From Balanoglossus misakiensis (Eukaryota > Animalia > Hemichordata), in assembly GCA_040954595.2 (NCBI GenBank), contig CM082590.2, forward strand, positions 1,426,001 to 1,490,000: a DNA stretch of 64,000 nt. The letters are read 5' to 3'. The notes under the pieces were generated by a model. It ran no database searches. It had not been told where the DNA came from and saw nothing but the letters and a program-made list of their open reading frames with translations. Positions 35,492 through 50,400 of the stretch are shown here, in pieces. Made by a program: the position numbers and the translations under genes. Each line of letters starts with the position of its first letter. Positions within the stretch are counted from its first letter, which is position 1.

Positions 35492-38400
35492 TAGCTATTA
35501 TATTCTCCACTTTTTGTAAGTGAAGCCTGACTGTCGCCTGTCTTATTTTACCACTTCATAAGCAGTCTTACCCGTCATTGGCACAAACAGTCTCAGGAAG
35601 TAAGCTTTCAGCCTACCAATGTAGCTATTATATTTTCCACTTTTTGTAAGTGAAGCCTGACTGTCGCCTGTCTTAGGTCACCACTTCATAAGCGGTCTTA
35701 CCCGTCATTGGCACAAACAGTCTCAGGAAGTAAGCTTTCAGCCTACCAATGTAGCTATTATATTTTCCACTTTTTGTAAGTGAAGCCTGACTGTCGCCTG
35801 TCTTAGGTCACCACTTCATAAGCGGTCTTAACCGTCATTTGCACAAACAGTCTAAGGAAGTAAGCTTTTAGCCTACCAATGTAGCTATTATATTTTCCAC
35901 TTTTTGTAACTGAAGCCTGACTGTCACCTGTCTTAGGTCACCACTTCATAAGCGGTCTTACCCGTCATTGGCACAAACAGTCTCAGGAAGTAAGCTTTCA
36001 GCCTACCAATGTAGCTATTATATTTTCCACTTTTTGTAAGTGAAGCCTGACTGTCGCCTGTCTTAGGTCACCACTTCATAAGCAGTCTTACCCGTCATTG
36101 GCACAAACAGTCTCAGGAAGTAATCTTTCAGCCTACCAATGTAGCTATTGTATTTTCCACTTTTTGTAAGTGAAGCCTGACTGTCGCCTGTCTTAGGTCA
36201 CCACTTCATAAGCGGTCTTACCCGTCATTGGCACAAACAGTCTCAGGAAGTAAGCTTTCAGCCTACCAATGTAGCTATTATATTTTCCACTTTTTGTAAG
36301 TGAAGCCTCACTGTCACCTGTCTTAGGTCACCACTTCATAAAAGGTCTTACCCGTCATTGGCACAAACAGTCTCAGGAAGTAAGCTTTCAGCCTACCAAT
36401 GTAGCTATTGTATTTTCCACTTTTTGTAAGTGAAGCCTGACTGTCGCCTGTCTTAGGTCACCACTTCATCAGCGGTCTTACCCGTCATTGGCACAAACAG
36501 TCTCAGGAAGTAAGCTTTCAGCCTACCAATGTAGCTATTATATTTTCCACTTTTTGTAAGTGAAGCCTGACTGTCGCTTGTCTTAGGTCACCACTTCATA
36601 AGCGGTCTTACCCGTCATTGGCACAAACAGTCTCAGGAAGTAAGCTTTCAGCCTACCAATGTAGCTATTGTATTTTCCACTTTTTGTAAGTGAAGCCTGA
36701 CTGTCGCCTGTCTTAGGTCACCACTTCATAAGCGGTCTTACCCGTCATTGGCACAAACAGTTTCAGGAAGTAAGCTTTCAGCCTACCAATGTACCTATTA
36801 TATTTTGCACTTTTTGTAAGTGAAGCCTGACTGTCGCCTGTCTTAGGTCACCACTTCATAAGCGGTCTTACCCGTCATTGGCACAAACAGTCTCAGGAAG
36901 TAAGCTTTCAGCCTACCAATGTAGCTATTATATTTTCCACTTTTTGTAAGTGAAGCCTGACTGTCACCTGTCTTAGGTCACCACTTCATAAAAGGTCTTA
37001 CCCGTCATTGGCACAAACAGTCTCAGGAAGTAAGCTTTCAGCCTACCAATGTAGCTATTATATTTTCCACTTTTTGTAAGTGAAGCCTGATTGTCGCCTG
37101 TCTTAGGTCACCACTTTATAAGCGGTCTTACCCGTCATTGGCACAAACAGTCTCAAGAAGTAAGCTTTCAGCCTACCAATGTGGCTATTATATTTTCCAC
37201 TTTTTGTAAGTGAAGCCTGACTGTCGCCTGTCTTAGGTCACCACCTCATAAGCGGTCTTACCCGTCATTGGCACAAACAGTCTCAGGAAGTAAGCTTTCA
37301 GCCTACCAATGTAGCTATTATATTTTCCACTTTTTGTAAGTGAAGCCTCACTGTCACCTGTCTTAGGTCACCACTTCATAAAAGGTCTTACCCGTCATTG
37401 GCACAAACAGTCTCAGGAAGTAAGCTTTCAGCCTACCAATGTAGCTATTATATTTTCCACTTTTTGTAAGTGAAGCCTGATTGTCGCCTGTCTTAAGTCA
37501 CCAGTTTATAAGCGGTCTTACCCGTCATTGGCACAAACAGTCTCAGGAAGTAAGCTTTCAGCCTACCAATGTAGCTATTATATTTTCCACTTTTTGTAAG
37601 TGAAGCCTGACTGTCGCCTGTCTTAGGTCACCACCTCATAAGCGGTCTTACCCGTCATTGGCACAAACAGTCTCAGGAAGTAAGCTTTCAGCCTACCAAT
37701 GTAGCTATTGTATTTTCCACTTTTTGTAAGTGAAGCCTGACTGTCGCCTGTCTTAGGTTACCACTTCATAAGCGGTCTTACCAGTCATTGGCACAAACAG
37801 TCTCAGGAAGTAAGCTTTCAGTCTACCAATGTAGCTATTATATTTTCCACTTTTTGTAAGTGAAGCCTGACTGTCACCTGTCTTAGGTCACCACTTCATA
37901 AAAGGTCTTACCCGTCATTGGCACAAACAGTCTCAGGAAGTAAGCTTTCAGCCTACCAATGTAGCTATTGTATTTTCCACTTTTTGTAAGTGAAGCCTGA
38001 CTGTCGCCTGTCTTAGGTCTCCACTTCATCAGCGGTCTTACCCGTCATTGGCACAAACAGTCTCAGGAAGTAAGCTTTCAGCCTACCAATGTAGCTATTA
38101 TATTTTCCACTTTTTGTAAGTGAAGCCTGATTGTCGCCTGTCTTAGGTCACCACTTCATAAGCGGTCTTACCCGTCATTTGCACAAACAGTCTCAGGAAG
38201 TAAGCTTTCAACCTACCAATGTAGCTATTATATTTTCCACTTTTTGTAAGTGAAGCCTGACTGTCGCCTGTCTTAGATCACCACCTCATAAGCGGTCATA
38301 CCCGTCATTGGCACAAACAGTCTCAGGAAGTAAGCTTTCAGCCTACCAATGTAGCTATTATATTTTCCACTTTTTGTAAGTGAAGCCTGACTGTCGCCTG

Positions 38401-41400
38401 TCTTAGGTCACCACTTCATAAGCGGTCTTACCCGTCATTGGCACAAACAGTATCAGGAAGTAAGCTTTCAGCCTACCAATGTAGCTATTATATTTTCCAC
38501 TTTTTGTAAGTGAAGCCTGACTGTCGCCTGTCTTAGGTCACCACTTCATAAGCAGTCTTACCCGTCATTGGCACAAACAGTCTCAGGAAGTAAGGTTTCA
38601 GCCTACCAATGTAGCTATTATATTTTCCACTTTTTGTAAGTGAAGCCTGACTGTCGCCTGTCTTAGGTCACCACTTCATAAGCAGTCTTACCCGTCATTG
38701 GCACAAACAGTCTCAGGAAGTAAGCTTTCAGCCTACCAATGTAGCTATTATATTTTCCACTTTTTGTAAGTGAAGCCTGACTGTCGCCTGTCTTAGGTCA
38801 CCACTTCATAAGCATTCTTACCCGTCATTGGCACAAACAGTCTCAGGAAGTAAGCTTTCAGCCTACCAATGTAGCTATTATATTTTCCACTTTTTGTAAC
38901 TGAAGCCTGACTGTCACCTGTCTTAGGTCACCACTTCATAAGCGGTCTTACCCGTCATTGGCACAAACAGTCTCAGGAAGTAAGCTTTCAGCCTACCAAT
39001 GTAGCTATTGTAATTTCCACTTTTTGTAAGTGAAGCCTGACTGTCGCCTGTCTTAGGTCACCACTTCATAAGCAGTCTTACCCGTCATTGGCACAAACAG
39101 TCTCAGGAAGTAATCTTTCAGCCTACCAATGTAATTATTGTATTTTCCACTTTTTGTAAGTGAAGCCTGACTGTCGCCTGTCTTAGGTCACCACTTCATA
39201 AGCGGTCTTACCCGTCATTGGCACAAACAGTCTAAGGAAGTAAGCTTTTAGCCTACCAATGTAGCTATTATATTTTCCACTTTTTGTAACTGAAGCCTGA
39301 CTGTCACCTGTCTTAGGTCACCACTTCATAAGCCGTCTTACCCGTCATTGGCACAAACAGTCTCAGGAAGTAAGCTTTCAGCCTACCAATGTAGCTATAA
39401 TATTTTCCACTTTTTGTAAGTGAAGCCTGACTGTCGCCTGTCTTAGGTCACCACTTCATAAGCAGTCTTACCCGTCATTGGCACAAACAGTCTCAGGAAG
39501 TAATCTTTCAGCCTACCAATGTAGCTATTGTAATTTCCACTTTTTGTAAGTGAAGCCTGACTGTCGCCTGTCTTAGGTCACCACTTCATAAGCGGTCTTA
39601 CCCGTCATTGGCACAAACAGTCTCAGGAAGTAAGCTTTCAGCCTACCAATGTAGCTATTTTATTTTCCACTTTTTGTAAGTGAAGCCTGACTGTCGCCTG
39701 TCTTAGGTCACCACTTCATCAGCGGTCTTACCCGTCATTGGCACAAACGGTCTCAGGAAGTAAGCTTTCAGCCTACCAATGTAGCTATTATATTTTCCAC
39801 TTTTTGTAAGTGAAGCCTGATTGTCGCCTGTCTTAGGTCACCACTTCATAAGCGGTCTTACCCGTCATTTGCACAAACAGTCTCAGGAAGTAAGCTTTCA
39901 GCCTACCAATGTAGCTATTATATTTTCCACTTTTTGTAAGTGAAGCCTGACTGTCGCCTGTCTTAGATCACCACCTCATAAGCGGTCATACCCGTCATTG
40001 GCACAAACAGTGTCAGGAAGTAAGCTTTCAGCCTACCAATGTAGCTATTATATTTTCCACTTTTTGTAAGTGAAGCCTGACTGTCGCCTGTCTTAGGTCA
40101 CCACTTCATAAGCGGTCTTACCCGTCATTGGCACAAACAGTATCAGGAAGTAAGCTTTCAGCCTACCAATGTAGCTATTATATTTTCCACTTTTTGTAAG
40201 TGAAGCCTGACTGTCGCCTGTCTTAGGTCACCACTTCATAAGCAGTCTTACCCGTCATTGGCACAAACAGTCTCAGGAAGTAAGGTTTCAGCCTACCAAT
40301 GTAGCTATTATATTTTCCACTTTTTGTATGTGAAGCCTGACTGTCGCCTGTCTTAGGTCACCACTTCATAAGCAGTCTTACCCGTCATTGGCACAAACAG
40401 TCTCAGGAAGTAAGCTTTCAGCCTACCAATGTAGCTATTATATTTTCAACTTTTTGTTAGTGAAGCCTGACTGTCGCCTGTCTTAGGTCACCACTTCATA
40501 AGCATTCTTATCCGTCATTGGCACAAACAGTCTCAGGAAGTAAGCTTTCAGCCTACCAATGTAGCTATTATATTTTCCACTTTTTGTAACTGAAGCCTGA
40601 CTGTCACCTGTCTTAGGTCACCACTTCATAAGCGGTCTTACCCGTCATTGGCACAAACAGTCTCAGGAAGTAAGCTTTCTGCCTACCAATGTAGCTATTG
40701 TAATTTCCACTTTTTGTAAGTGAAGCCTGACTGTCGCCTGTCTTAGGTCACCACTTCATAAGCAGTCTTACCCGTCATTGGCACAAACAGTCTCAGGAAG
40801 TAATCTTTCAGCCTACCAATGTAATTATTGTATTTTCCACTTTTTGTAAGTGAAGCCTGACTGTCGCCTGTCTTAGGTCACCACTTCATAAGCGGTCTTA
40901 CCCGTCATTGGCACAAACAGTCTAAGGAAGTAAGCTTTTAGCCTACCAATGTAGCTATTATATTTTCCACTTTTTGTAAGTGAAGCCTGACTGTCACCTG
41001 TCTTAGGTCACCACTTCATAAGCCGTCTTACCCGTCATTGGCACAAACAGTCTCAGGAAGTAAGCTTTCAGCCTACCAATGTAGCTATTATATTTTCCAC
41101 TTTTTGTAAGTGAAGCCTGACTGTCGCCTGTCTTAGGTCACCACTTCATAAGCAGTCTTACCCGTCATTGGCACAAACTGTCTCAGGAAGTAATCTTTCA
41201 GCCTACCAATGTAGCTATTGTAATTTCCACTTTTTGTAAGTGAAGCCTGACTGTCGCCTGTCTTAGGTCACCACTTCATAAGCGGTCTTACCCGTCATTG
41301 GCACAAACAGTCTCAGGAAGTAAGCTTTCAGCCTACCAATGTAGCTATTTTATTTTCCACTTTTTGTAAGTGAAGCCTGACTGTCGCCTGTCTTAGGTCA

Positions 41401-44400
41401 CCACTTCATAAGCGGTCTTACCCGTCATTTGCACAAACAGTCTCAGGAAGTAAGCTTTCAGCCTACCAATGTAGCTATTATATTTTCCAGTTTTTGTAAG
41501 TGAAGCCTGATTGTCGCCTGTCTTAGGTCACCACATCATAAGCGGTCTTACCCGTCATTGGCACAAACAGTCTCAGGAAGTAAACTTTCAGCCTACCAAT
41601 GTAGCTATTGTATTTTCCACTTTTTGTAAGTGAAGCCTGACTGTCGCCTGTCTTAGGTCACCACTTCATAAGCGGTCTTACCCGTCATTGGCACAAACAG
41701 TATCAGGAAGTAAGCTTTCAGCCTACCAATGTAGCTATTATATTTTCCACTTTTTGTAAGTGAAGCCTGACTGTCGCCTGTCTTAGGTCACCACTTCGTA
41801 AGCAGTCTTACCCGTAATTAGCACAAACAGTCTCAGGAAGTAAGGTTTCAGCCTACCAATGTAGCTATTATATTTTCCACTTTTTGTAAGTGAAGCCTGA
41901 CTGTCGCCTGTCTTAGGTCACCACTTCATAAGCAGTCTTACCCGTCATTGGCACAAACAGTCTCAGGAAGTAAGCTTTCAGCCTACCAATGTAGCTATTA
42001 TATTTTCCACTTTTTGTAACTGAAGCCTGACTGTCACCTGTCTTAGGTCACCACTTCATAAGCGGTCTTACCCGTCATTGGCACAAACAGTCTCAGGAAG
42101 TAAGCTTTCAGCCTACCAATGTAGCTATTGTAATTTCCACTTTTTGTAAGTGAAGCCTGACTGTCGCCTGTCTTAGGTCACCACTTCATAAGCAGTCTTA
42201 CCCGTCATTGGCACAAACAGTCTCAGGAAGTAATCTTTCAGCCTACCAATGTAATTATTGTATTTTCCACTTTTTGTAAGTGAAGCCTGACTGTCGCCTG
42301 TCTTAGGTCACCACTTCATAAGCGGTCTTACCCGTCATTGGCACAAACAGTCTAAGGAAGTAAGCTTTTAGCCTACCAATGTAGCTATTATATTTTCCAC
42401 TTTTTGTAACTGAAGCCTGACTGTCACCTGTCTTAGGTCACCACTTCATAAGCCGTCTTACCCGTCATTGGCACAAACAGTCTCAGGAAGTAAGCTTTCA
42501 GCCTACAAATGTAGCTATTATATTTTCCACTTTTTGTAAGTGAAGCCTGACTGTCGCCTGTCTTAGGTCACCACTTCATAAGCAGTCTTACCCGTCATTG
42601 GCACAAACAGTCTCAGGAAGTAATCTTTCAGCCTACCAATGTAGCTATTGTAATTTCCACTTTTTGTAAGTGAAGCCTGACTGTCGCCTGTCTTAGGTCA
42701 CCACTTCATAAGCGGTCTTACCCGACATTGGCACAAACAGTCTCAGGAAGTAAGCTTTCAGCCTACCAATGTAGCTATTTTATTTTCCACTTTTTGTAAG
42801 TGAAGCCTGATTGTCGCCTGTCTTAGGTCACCACTTCATAAGCGGTCTTACCCGTCATTGGCACAAACAGTCTAAGGAAGTAAGCTTTTAGCCTACCAAT
42901 GTAGCTATTATATTTTCCACTTTTTGTAAGTGAAGCCTGACTGTCGCCTGTCTTAGGTCACCACTTCATAAGCGGTCTTACCCGTCATTGGCACAAACAG
43001 TCTCAGGAAGTAATCTTTCAGCCTACCAATGTAGCTATTATATTTTCCACTTTTTGTAAGTGAAGCCTGACTGTCGCCTGTCTTAGGTCACCACTTCATA
43101 AGCGGTCTTACCCGTCATTGGCACAAACAGTCTAAGGAAGTAAGCTTTCAGCCTACCAATGTAGCTATTATATTTTCCACTTTTTGTAAGTGAAGCCTGA
43201 CTGTCGCCTGTCTTAGGTCACCACTTCATAAGCGGTCTTACCCGTCATTGGCACAAACAGTCTCAGGAAGTAAGCTTTCAGCCTACCAATGTAGCTATTA
43301 TATTTTCCACTTTTTGTAAGTGAAGCCTGATTGTCGCCTGTCTTAGGTCACCACTTCATAAGCGGTCTTACCCGTCATTGGCACAAACAGTCTCAGGAAG
43401 TAAGCTTTCAGCCTACCAATGTAGCTATTGTATTTTCCACTTTTTGTAAGTGAAGCCTGACTGTCGCTTGTCTTAGGTCACCACTTCATAAGCGGTCTTA
43501 CCCGTCATTGGCACAAACAGTCTCAGGAAGTAAGCTTTCAGCCTACCAATGTAGCTATTGTATTTTCCACTTTTTGTAAGTGAAGCCTGACTGTCGCCTG
43601 TCTTAGGTCACCACTTCATTAGCGGTCTTACCCGTCATTGGCACAAACAGTCTCAGGAAGTAAGCTTTCAGCCTACCAATGTAGCTATTGTATTTTCCAC
43701 TTTTTGTAAGTGAAGCCTGACTGTCGCTTGTCTTAGGTCACCACTTCATAAGCGGTCTTACCCGTCATTGGCACAAACAGTCTCAGGAAGTAAGCTTTCA
43801 GCCTACCAATGTAGCTATTATATTTTCCACTTTTTGTAAGTGAAGCTTGATTGTCGCCTGTCTTAGGTCACCACATCATAAGCGGTCTTACCCGTCATTG
43901 GCACAAACAGTGTCAGGAAGTAAGCTTTCAGCCTACAAATGTAGCTATTATATTTTCCACTTTTTGTAAGTGAAGCCTGACTGTCACCTGTCTTAGGTCA
44001 CCACTTCATAAGCGGTCTTACCCGTCATTGGCACAAACAGTCTCAGGAAGTAAGCTTTCAGCCTACCAATTTAGCTATTGTATTTTCCACTTTTTGTAAG
44101 TGAAGCCTGACTGTCGCCTGTCTTAGGTTACCACTTCATAAGCGGTCTTACCAGTCATTGGCACAAACAGTCTCAGGAAGTAAGCTTTCAGCCTACCAAT
44201 GTAGCTATTATATTTTCCACTTTTTGTAAGTGAAGCCTGACTGTCGCCTGTCTTAGGTCACCACTTCATAAGCGGTCTTACCCGTCATTGGCACAAACAG
44301 TCTCAGGAAGTAAGCTTTCAGCCTACCAATGTAGCTATTGTAATTTCCACTTTTTGTAAGTGAAGCCTGACTGTCCCCTGTCTTAGGTCACCACTTCATA

Positions 44401-47400
44401 AGCGGTCTTACCCGTCATTGGCACGAACAGTCTAAGGAAGTATGCTTTTAGCCTACTACATGGCACAAACAGTCTAAGGAAGTAAGCTTTTAACCTACCA
44501 ATGTAGCTATTATATTTTCCACTTTTTGTAAGTGAAGCCTGACTGTCGCCTGTCTTAGGTCACCACTTCATCAGCGGTCTTACCCGTCATTTGCACAAAC
44601 AGTCTCAGGAAGTAAGCTTTCAGCCTACCAATGTAGCTATTATATTTTCCACTTTTTGTAAGTGAAGCCTGACTGTCGCCTGTCTTAGATCACCACCTCA
44701 TAAGCGGTCATACCCGTCATTGGCACAAACAGTCTCAGGAAGTAAGCTTTCAGCCTACCAATGTAGCTATTATATTTTCCACTTTTTGTAAGTGAAGCCT
44801 GACTTTCGCCTGTCTTAGGTCACCACTTCATAAGCGGTCTTACCCGTCATTGGCACAAACAGTATCAGGAAGTAAGCTTTCAGCCTACCAATGTAGCTAT
44901 TATATTTTCCACTTTTTGTAAGTGAAGCCTGACTGTCGCCTGTCTTAGATCACCACTTCATAAGCAGTCTTACCCGTCATTGGCACAAACAGTCTCAGGA
45001 AGTAAGGTTTCAGCCTACCAATGTAGCTATTATATTTTCCACTTTTTGTAAGTGAAGCCTCACTGTCGCCTGTCTTAGGTCACCACTTCATAAGCAGTCT
45101 TACCCGTCATTGGCACAAACAGTCTCAGGAAGTAAGCTTTCAGCCTACCAATGTAGCTATTATATTTTCCACTTTTTGTAAGTGAAGCCTGACTGTCGCC
45201 TGTCTTAGGTCACCACTTCATAAGCATTCTTACCCGTCATTGGCACAAACAGTCTCAGGAAGTAAGCTTTCAGCCTACCAATGTAGCTATTATATTTTCC
45301 ACTTTTTGTAACTGAAGCCTGACTGTCACCTGTCTTAGGTCACCACTTCATAAGCGGTCTTACCCGTCATTGGCACAAACAGTCTCAGGAAGTAAGCTTT
45401 CAGCCTACCAATGTAATTATTGTATTTTCCACTTTTTGTAAGTGAAGCCTGACTGTCGCCTGTCTTAGGTCACCACTTCATAAGCGGTCTTACCCGTCAT
45501 TGGCACAAACAGTCTAAGGAAGTAAGCTTTTAGCCTACCAATGTAGCTATTATATTTTCCACTTTTTGTAACTGAAGCCTGACTGTCACCTGTCTTAGGT
45601 CACCACTTCATAAGCAGTCTTACCCGTCATTGGCACAAACAGTCTCAGGAAGTAATCTTTCAGCCTACCAATGTAGCTATTATATTTTCCACTTTTTGTA
45701 AGTGAAGCCTGACTGTCGCCTGTCTTAGGTCACCACTTCATAAGCAGTCTTACCCGTCATTGGCACAAACAGTCTCAGGAAGTAATCTTTCAGCCTACCA
45801 ATGTAGCTATTGTAATTTCCACTTTTTGTAAGTGAAGCCTGACTGTCGCCTGTCTTAGGTCACCACTTCATAAGCGGTCTTACCCGTCATTGGCACAAAC
45901 AGTCTCAGGAAGTAAGCTTTCAACCTACCAATGTAGCTATTTTATTTTCCACTTTTTGTAAGTGAAGCCTGACTGTCGCCTGTCTTAGGTCACCACTTCA
46001 TAAGCGGTCTTACCCGTCATTGGCACAAACAGTCTCAGGAAGTAAGCTTTCAGCCTACCAATGTAGCTATTATATTTTCCACTTTTTGTAAGTGAAGCCT
46101 GATTGTCGCCTGTCTTAGGTCACCACATCATAAGCGGTCTTACCCGTCATTGGCACAAACAGTCTCAGGAAGTAAGCTTTCAGCCTACCAATGTAGCTAT
46201 TGTATTTTCCACTTTTTGTAAGTGAAGCCTGACTGTCGCCTGTCTTAGGTCACCACTTCATAAGCGGTCTTACCCGTTATTGGCACAAACAGTCTCAGGA
46301 AGTTATCTTTCAGCCTACCAATGTAGCTATTATATTTTCCACTTTTTGTAAGTGAAGCCTGACTGTCGCCTGTCTTTGGTCACCACTTCATAAGCGGTCT
46401 TACCCGTCATTGGCACAAACAGTCTCAGGAAGTAATCTTTCAGCCTACCAATGTAGCTATTATATTTTCCACTTTTTGTAAGTGAAGCCTGACTGTCGCC
46501 TGTCTTAGATCACCACCTCATAAGCGGTCATACCCGTCATTGGCACAAATAGTCTCAGGAAGTAAGCTTTCAGCCTACCAATGTAGCTATTATATTTTCC
46601 ACTTTTTGTAAGTGAAGCCTGACTGTCGCCTGTCTTAGGTCACCACTTCATAAGCGGTCTTACCCGTCATTGGCACAAACAGTATCAGGAAGTAAGCTTT
46701 CAGCCTACCAATGTATCTATTATATTTTCCACTTTTTGTAAGTGAAGCCTGACTGTCGCCTGTCTTAGGTCACCACTTCATAAGCAGTCTTACCCGTCAT
46801 TGGCACAAACAGTCTCAGGAAGTAAGCTTTCAGCCTACCAATGTAGCTATTATATTTTCCACTTTTTGTAAGTGAAGCCTGACTGTCGCCTGTCTTAAGT
46901 CACCACTTCATAAGCGGTCTTACCCGTCATTGGCACAAACAGTCTCAGGAAGTAAGCTTTCAGCCTACCAATTTAGCTATTGTATTTTCCACTTTTTGTA
47001 AGTGAAGCCTGACTGTCGCCTGTCTTAGGTTACCACTTCATAAGCGGTCTTACCAGTCATTGGCACAAACAGTCTCAGGAAGTAAGCTTTCAGCCTACCA
47101 ATGTAGCTATTATATTTTCCACTTTTTGTAAGTGAAGCCTGACTGTCCCCTGTCTTAGGTCACCACTTCATAAGCGGTCTTACCCGTCATTGGCACAAAC
47201 AGTCTAAGGAGGTAAGCTTTTAGCCTACTACATGGCACAAACAGTCTAAGGAAGTAAGCTTTTAACCTACCAATGTAGCTATTATATTTTCCACTTTTTG
47301 TAAGTGAAGCCTGACTGTCGCCTGTCTTAGGTCACCACTTCATCAGCGGTCTTACCCGGCATTGGCACAAACAGTCTCAGGAAGTAAGCTTTCAGCCTAC

Positions 47401-50400
47401 CAATGTAGCTGTTATATTTTCCACTTTTTGTAAGTGAAGCCTGATTGGCGCCTGTCTTAGGTCACCACTTCATAAGCGGTCTTACACGTCATTTGCACAA
47501 ACAGTCTCAGGAAGTAAGCTTTCAGCCTACCAATGTAGCTATTATATTTTCCACTTTTTGTAAGTGAAGCCTGACTGTCGCCTGTCTTAGATCAACACCT
47601 CATAAGCGGTCATACCCATCATTGGCACAAATAGTCTCAGGAAGTAAGCTTTCAGCCTACCAATGTAGCTATTATATTTTCCACTTTTTGTAAGTGAAGC
47701 CTGACTGTCGCCTGTCTTAGGTCACCACTTCATAAGCGGTCTTACCCGTCATTGGCACAAACAGTATCAGGAAGTAAGCTTTCAGCCTACCAATGTAGCT
47801 ATTATATTTTCCACTTTTTGTAAGTGAAGCCTGACTGTCGCCTGTCTTAGGTCACCACTTCATAAGCAGTCTTACCCGTCATTGGCACAAACAGTCTCAG
47901 GAAGTAAGGTTTCAGCCTACCAATGTAGCTATTATATTTTCCACTTTTTGTAAGTGAAGCCTCACTGTCGCCTGTCTTAGGTCACCACTTCATAAGCAGT
48001 CTTACCCGTCATTGGCACAAACAGTCTCAGGAAGTAAGCTTTCAGCCTACCAATGTAGCTATTATATTTTCCACTTTTTGTAAGTGAAGCCTGACTGTCG
48101 CCTGTCTTAGGTCACCACTTCATAAGCATTCTTACCCGTCATTGGCACAAACAGTCTCAGGAAGTAAGCTTTCAGCCTACCAATGTAGCTATTATATTTT
48201 CCACTTTTTGTAACTGAAGCCTGACTGTCACCTGTCTTAGGTCACCACTTCATAAGCGGTCTTACCCGTCATTGGCACAAACAGTCTCAGGAAGTAAGCT
48301 TTCAGCCTACCAATGTAGCTATTATATTTTCCACTTTTTGTAAGTGAAGCCTGACTGTCGCCTGTCTTAGATCACCACCTCATAAGCGGTCATACCCGTC
48401 ATTGGCACAAATAGTCTCAGGAAGTATGCTTTCAGCCTACCAATGTAGCTATTATATTTTCCACTTTTTGTAAGTGAAGCCTGACTTTCGCCTGTCTTAG
48501 GTCACCACTTCATAAGCGGTCTTACCCGTCATTGGCACAAACAGTATCAGGAAGTAAGCTTTCAGCCTACCAATGTAGCTATTATATTTTCCACTTTTTG
48601 TAAGTGAAGCCTGACTGTCGCCTGTCTTAGGTCACCACTTCATAAGCAGTCTTACCCGTCATTGGCACAAACAGTCTCAGGAAGTAAGGTTTCAGCCTAC
48701 CAATGTAGCTATTATATTTTCCACTTTTTGTAAGTGAAGCCTCACTGTCGCCTGTCTTAGGTCACCACTTCATAAGCAGTCTTACCCGTCATTGGCACAA
48801 ACAGTCTCAGGAAGTAAGCTTTCAGCCTACCAATGTAGCTATTGTATTTTCCACTTTTTGTAAGTGAAGCCTGACTGTCGCCTGTCTTAGGTCACCACTT
48901 CATAAGCATTCTTACCCGTCATTGGCACAAACAGTCTCAGGAAGTAAGCTTTCAGCCTACCAATGTAGCTATTATATTTTCCACTTTTTGTAACTGAAGC
49001 CTGACTGTCACCTGTCTTAGGTCACCACTTCATAAGCGGTCTTACCCGTCATTGGCACAAACAGTCTCAGGAAGTAAGCTTTCAGCCTACCAATGTAGCT
49101 ATTGTAATTTCCACTTTTTGTAAGTGAAGCCTGACTGTCGCCTGTCTTAGGTCACCACTTCATAAGCAGTCTTACCCGTCATTGGCACAAACAGTCTCAG
49201 GAAGTAATCTTTCAGCCTACCAATGTAATTATTGTATTTTCCACTTTTTGTAAGTGAAGCCTGACTGTCGCCTGTGTTAGGTCACCACTTCATAAGCGGT
49301 CTTACCCGTCATTGGCACAAACAGTCTAAGGAAGTAAGCTTTTAGCCTACCAATGTAGCTATTATATTTTCCACTTTTTGTAACTGAAGCCTGACTGTCA
49401 CCTGTCTTAGGTCACCACTTCATAAGCCGTCTTACCCGTCATTGGCACAAACAGTCTCAGGAAGTAAGCTTTCAGCCTACCAATGTAGCTATTATATTTT
49501 CCACTTTTTGTAAGTGAAGCCTGACTGTCGCCTGTCTTAGGTCACCACTTCATAAGCAGTCTTACCCGTCATTGGCACAAACAGTCTCAGGAAGTAATCT
49601 TTCAGCCTACCAATGTAGCTATTGTAATTTCCACTTTTTGTAAGTGAAGCCTGACTGTCGCCTGTCTTAGGTCACCACTTCATAAGCGGTCTTACCCGTC
49701 ATTGGCACAAACAGTCTCAGGAAGTAAGCTTTCAGCCTACCAATGTAGCTATTTTATTTTCCACTTTTTGTAAGTGAAGCCTGACTGTCGCCTGTCTTAG
49801 GTCACCACTTCATAAGCGGTCTTACCCGTCATTGGCACAAACAGTCTCAGGAAGTAAGCTTTCAGCCTACCAATGTAGCTATTATATTTTCCACTTTTTG
49901 TAAGTGAAGCCTGATTGTCGCCTGTCTTAGGTCACCACATCATAAGCGGTCTTACCCGTCATTGGCACAAACAGTCTCAGGAAGTAAGCTTTCAGCCTAC
50001 CAATGTAGCTATTGTATTTTCCACTTTTTGTAAGTGAAGCCTGACTGTCGCCTGTCTTAGGTCACCACTTCATAAGCGGTCTTACCCGTTATTGGCACAA
50101 ACAGTCTCAGGAAGTAATCTTTCAGCCTACCAATGTAATTATTGTATTTTCCACTTTTTGTAAGTGAAGCCTGACTGTCGCCTGTGTTAGGTCACCACTT
50201 CATAAGCGGTCTTACCCGTCATTGGCACAAACAGTCTAAGGAAGTAAGCTTTTAGCCTACCAATGTAGCTATTATATTTTCCACTTTTTGTAACTGAAGC
50301 CTGACTGTCACCTGTCTTAGGTCACCACTTCATAAGCCGTCTTACCCGTCATTGGCACAAACAGTCTCAGGAAGTAAGCTTTCAGCCTACCAATGTAGCT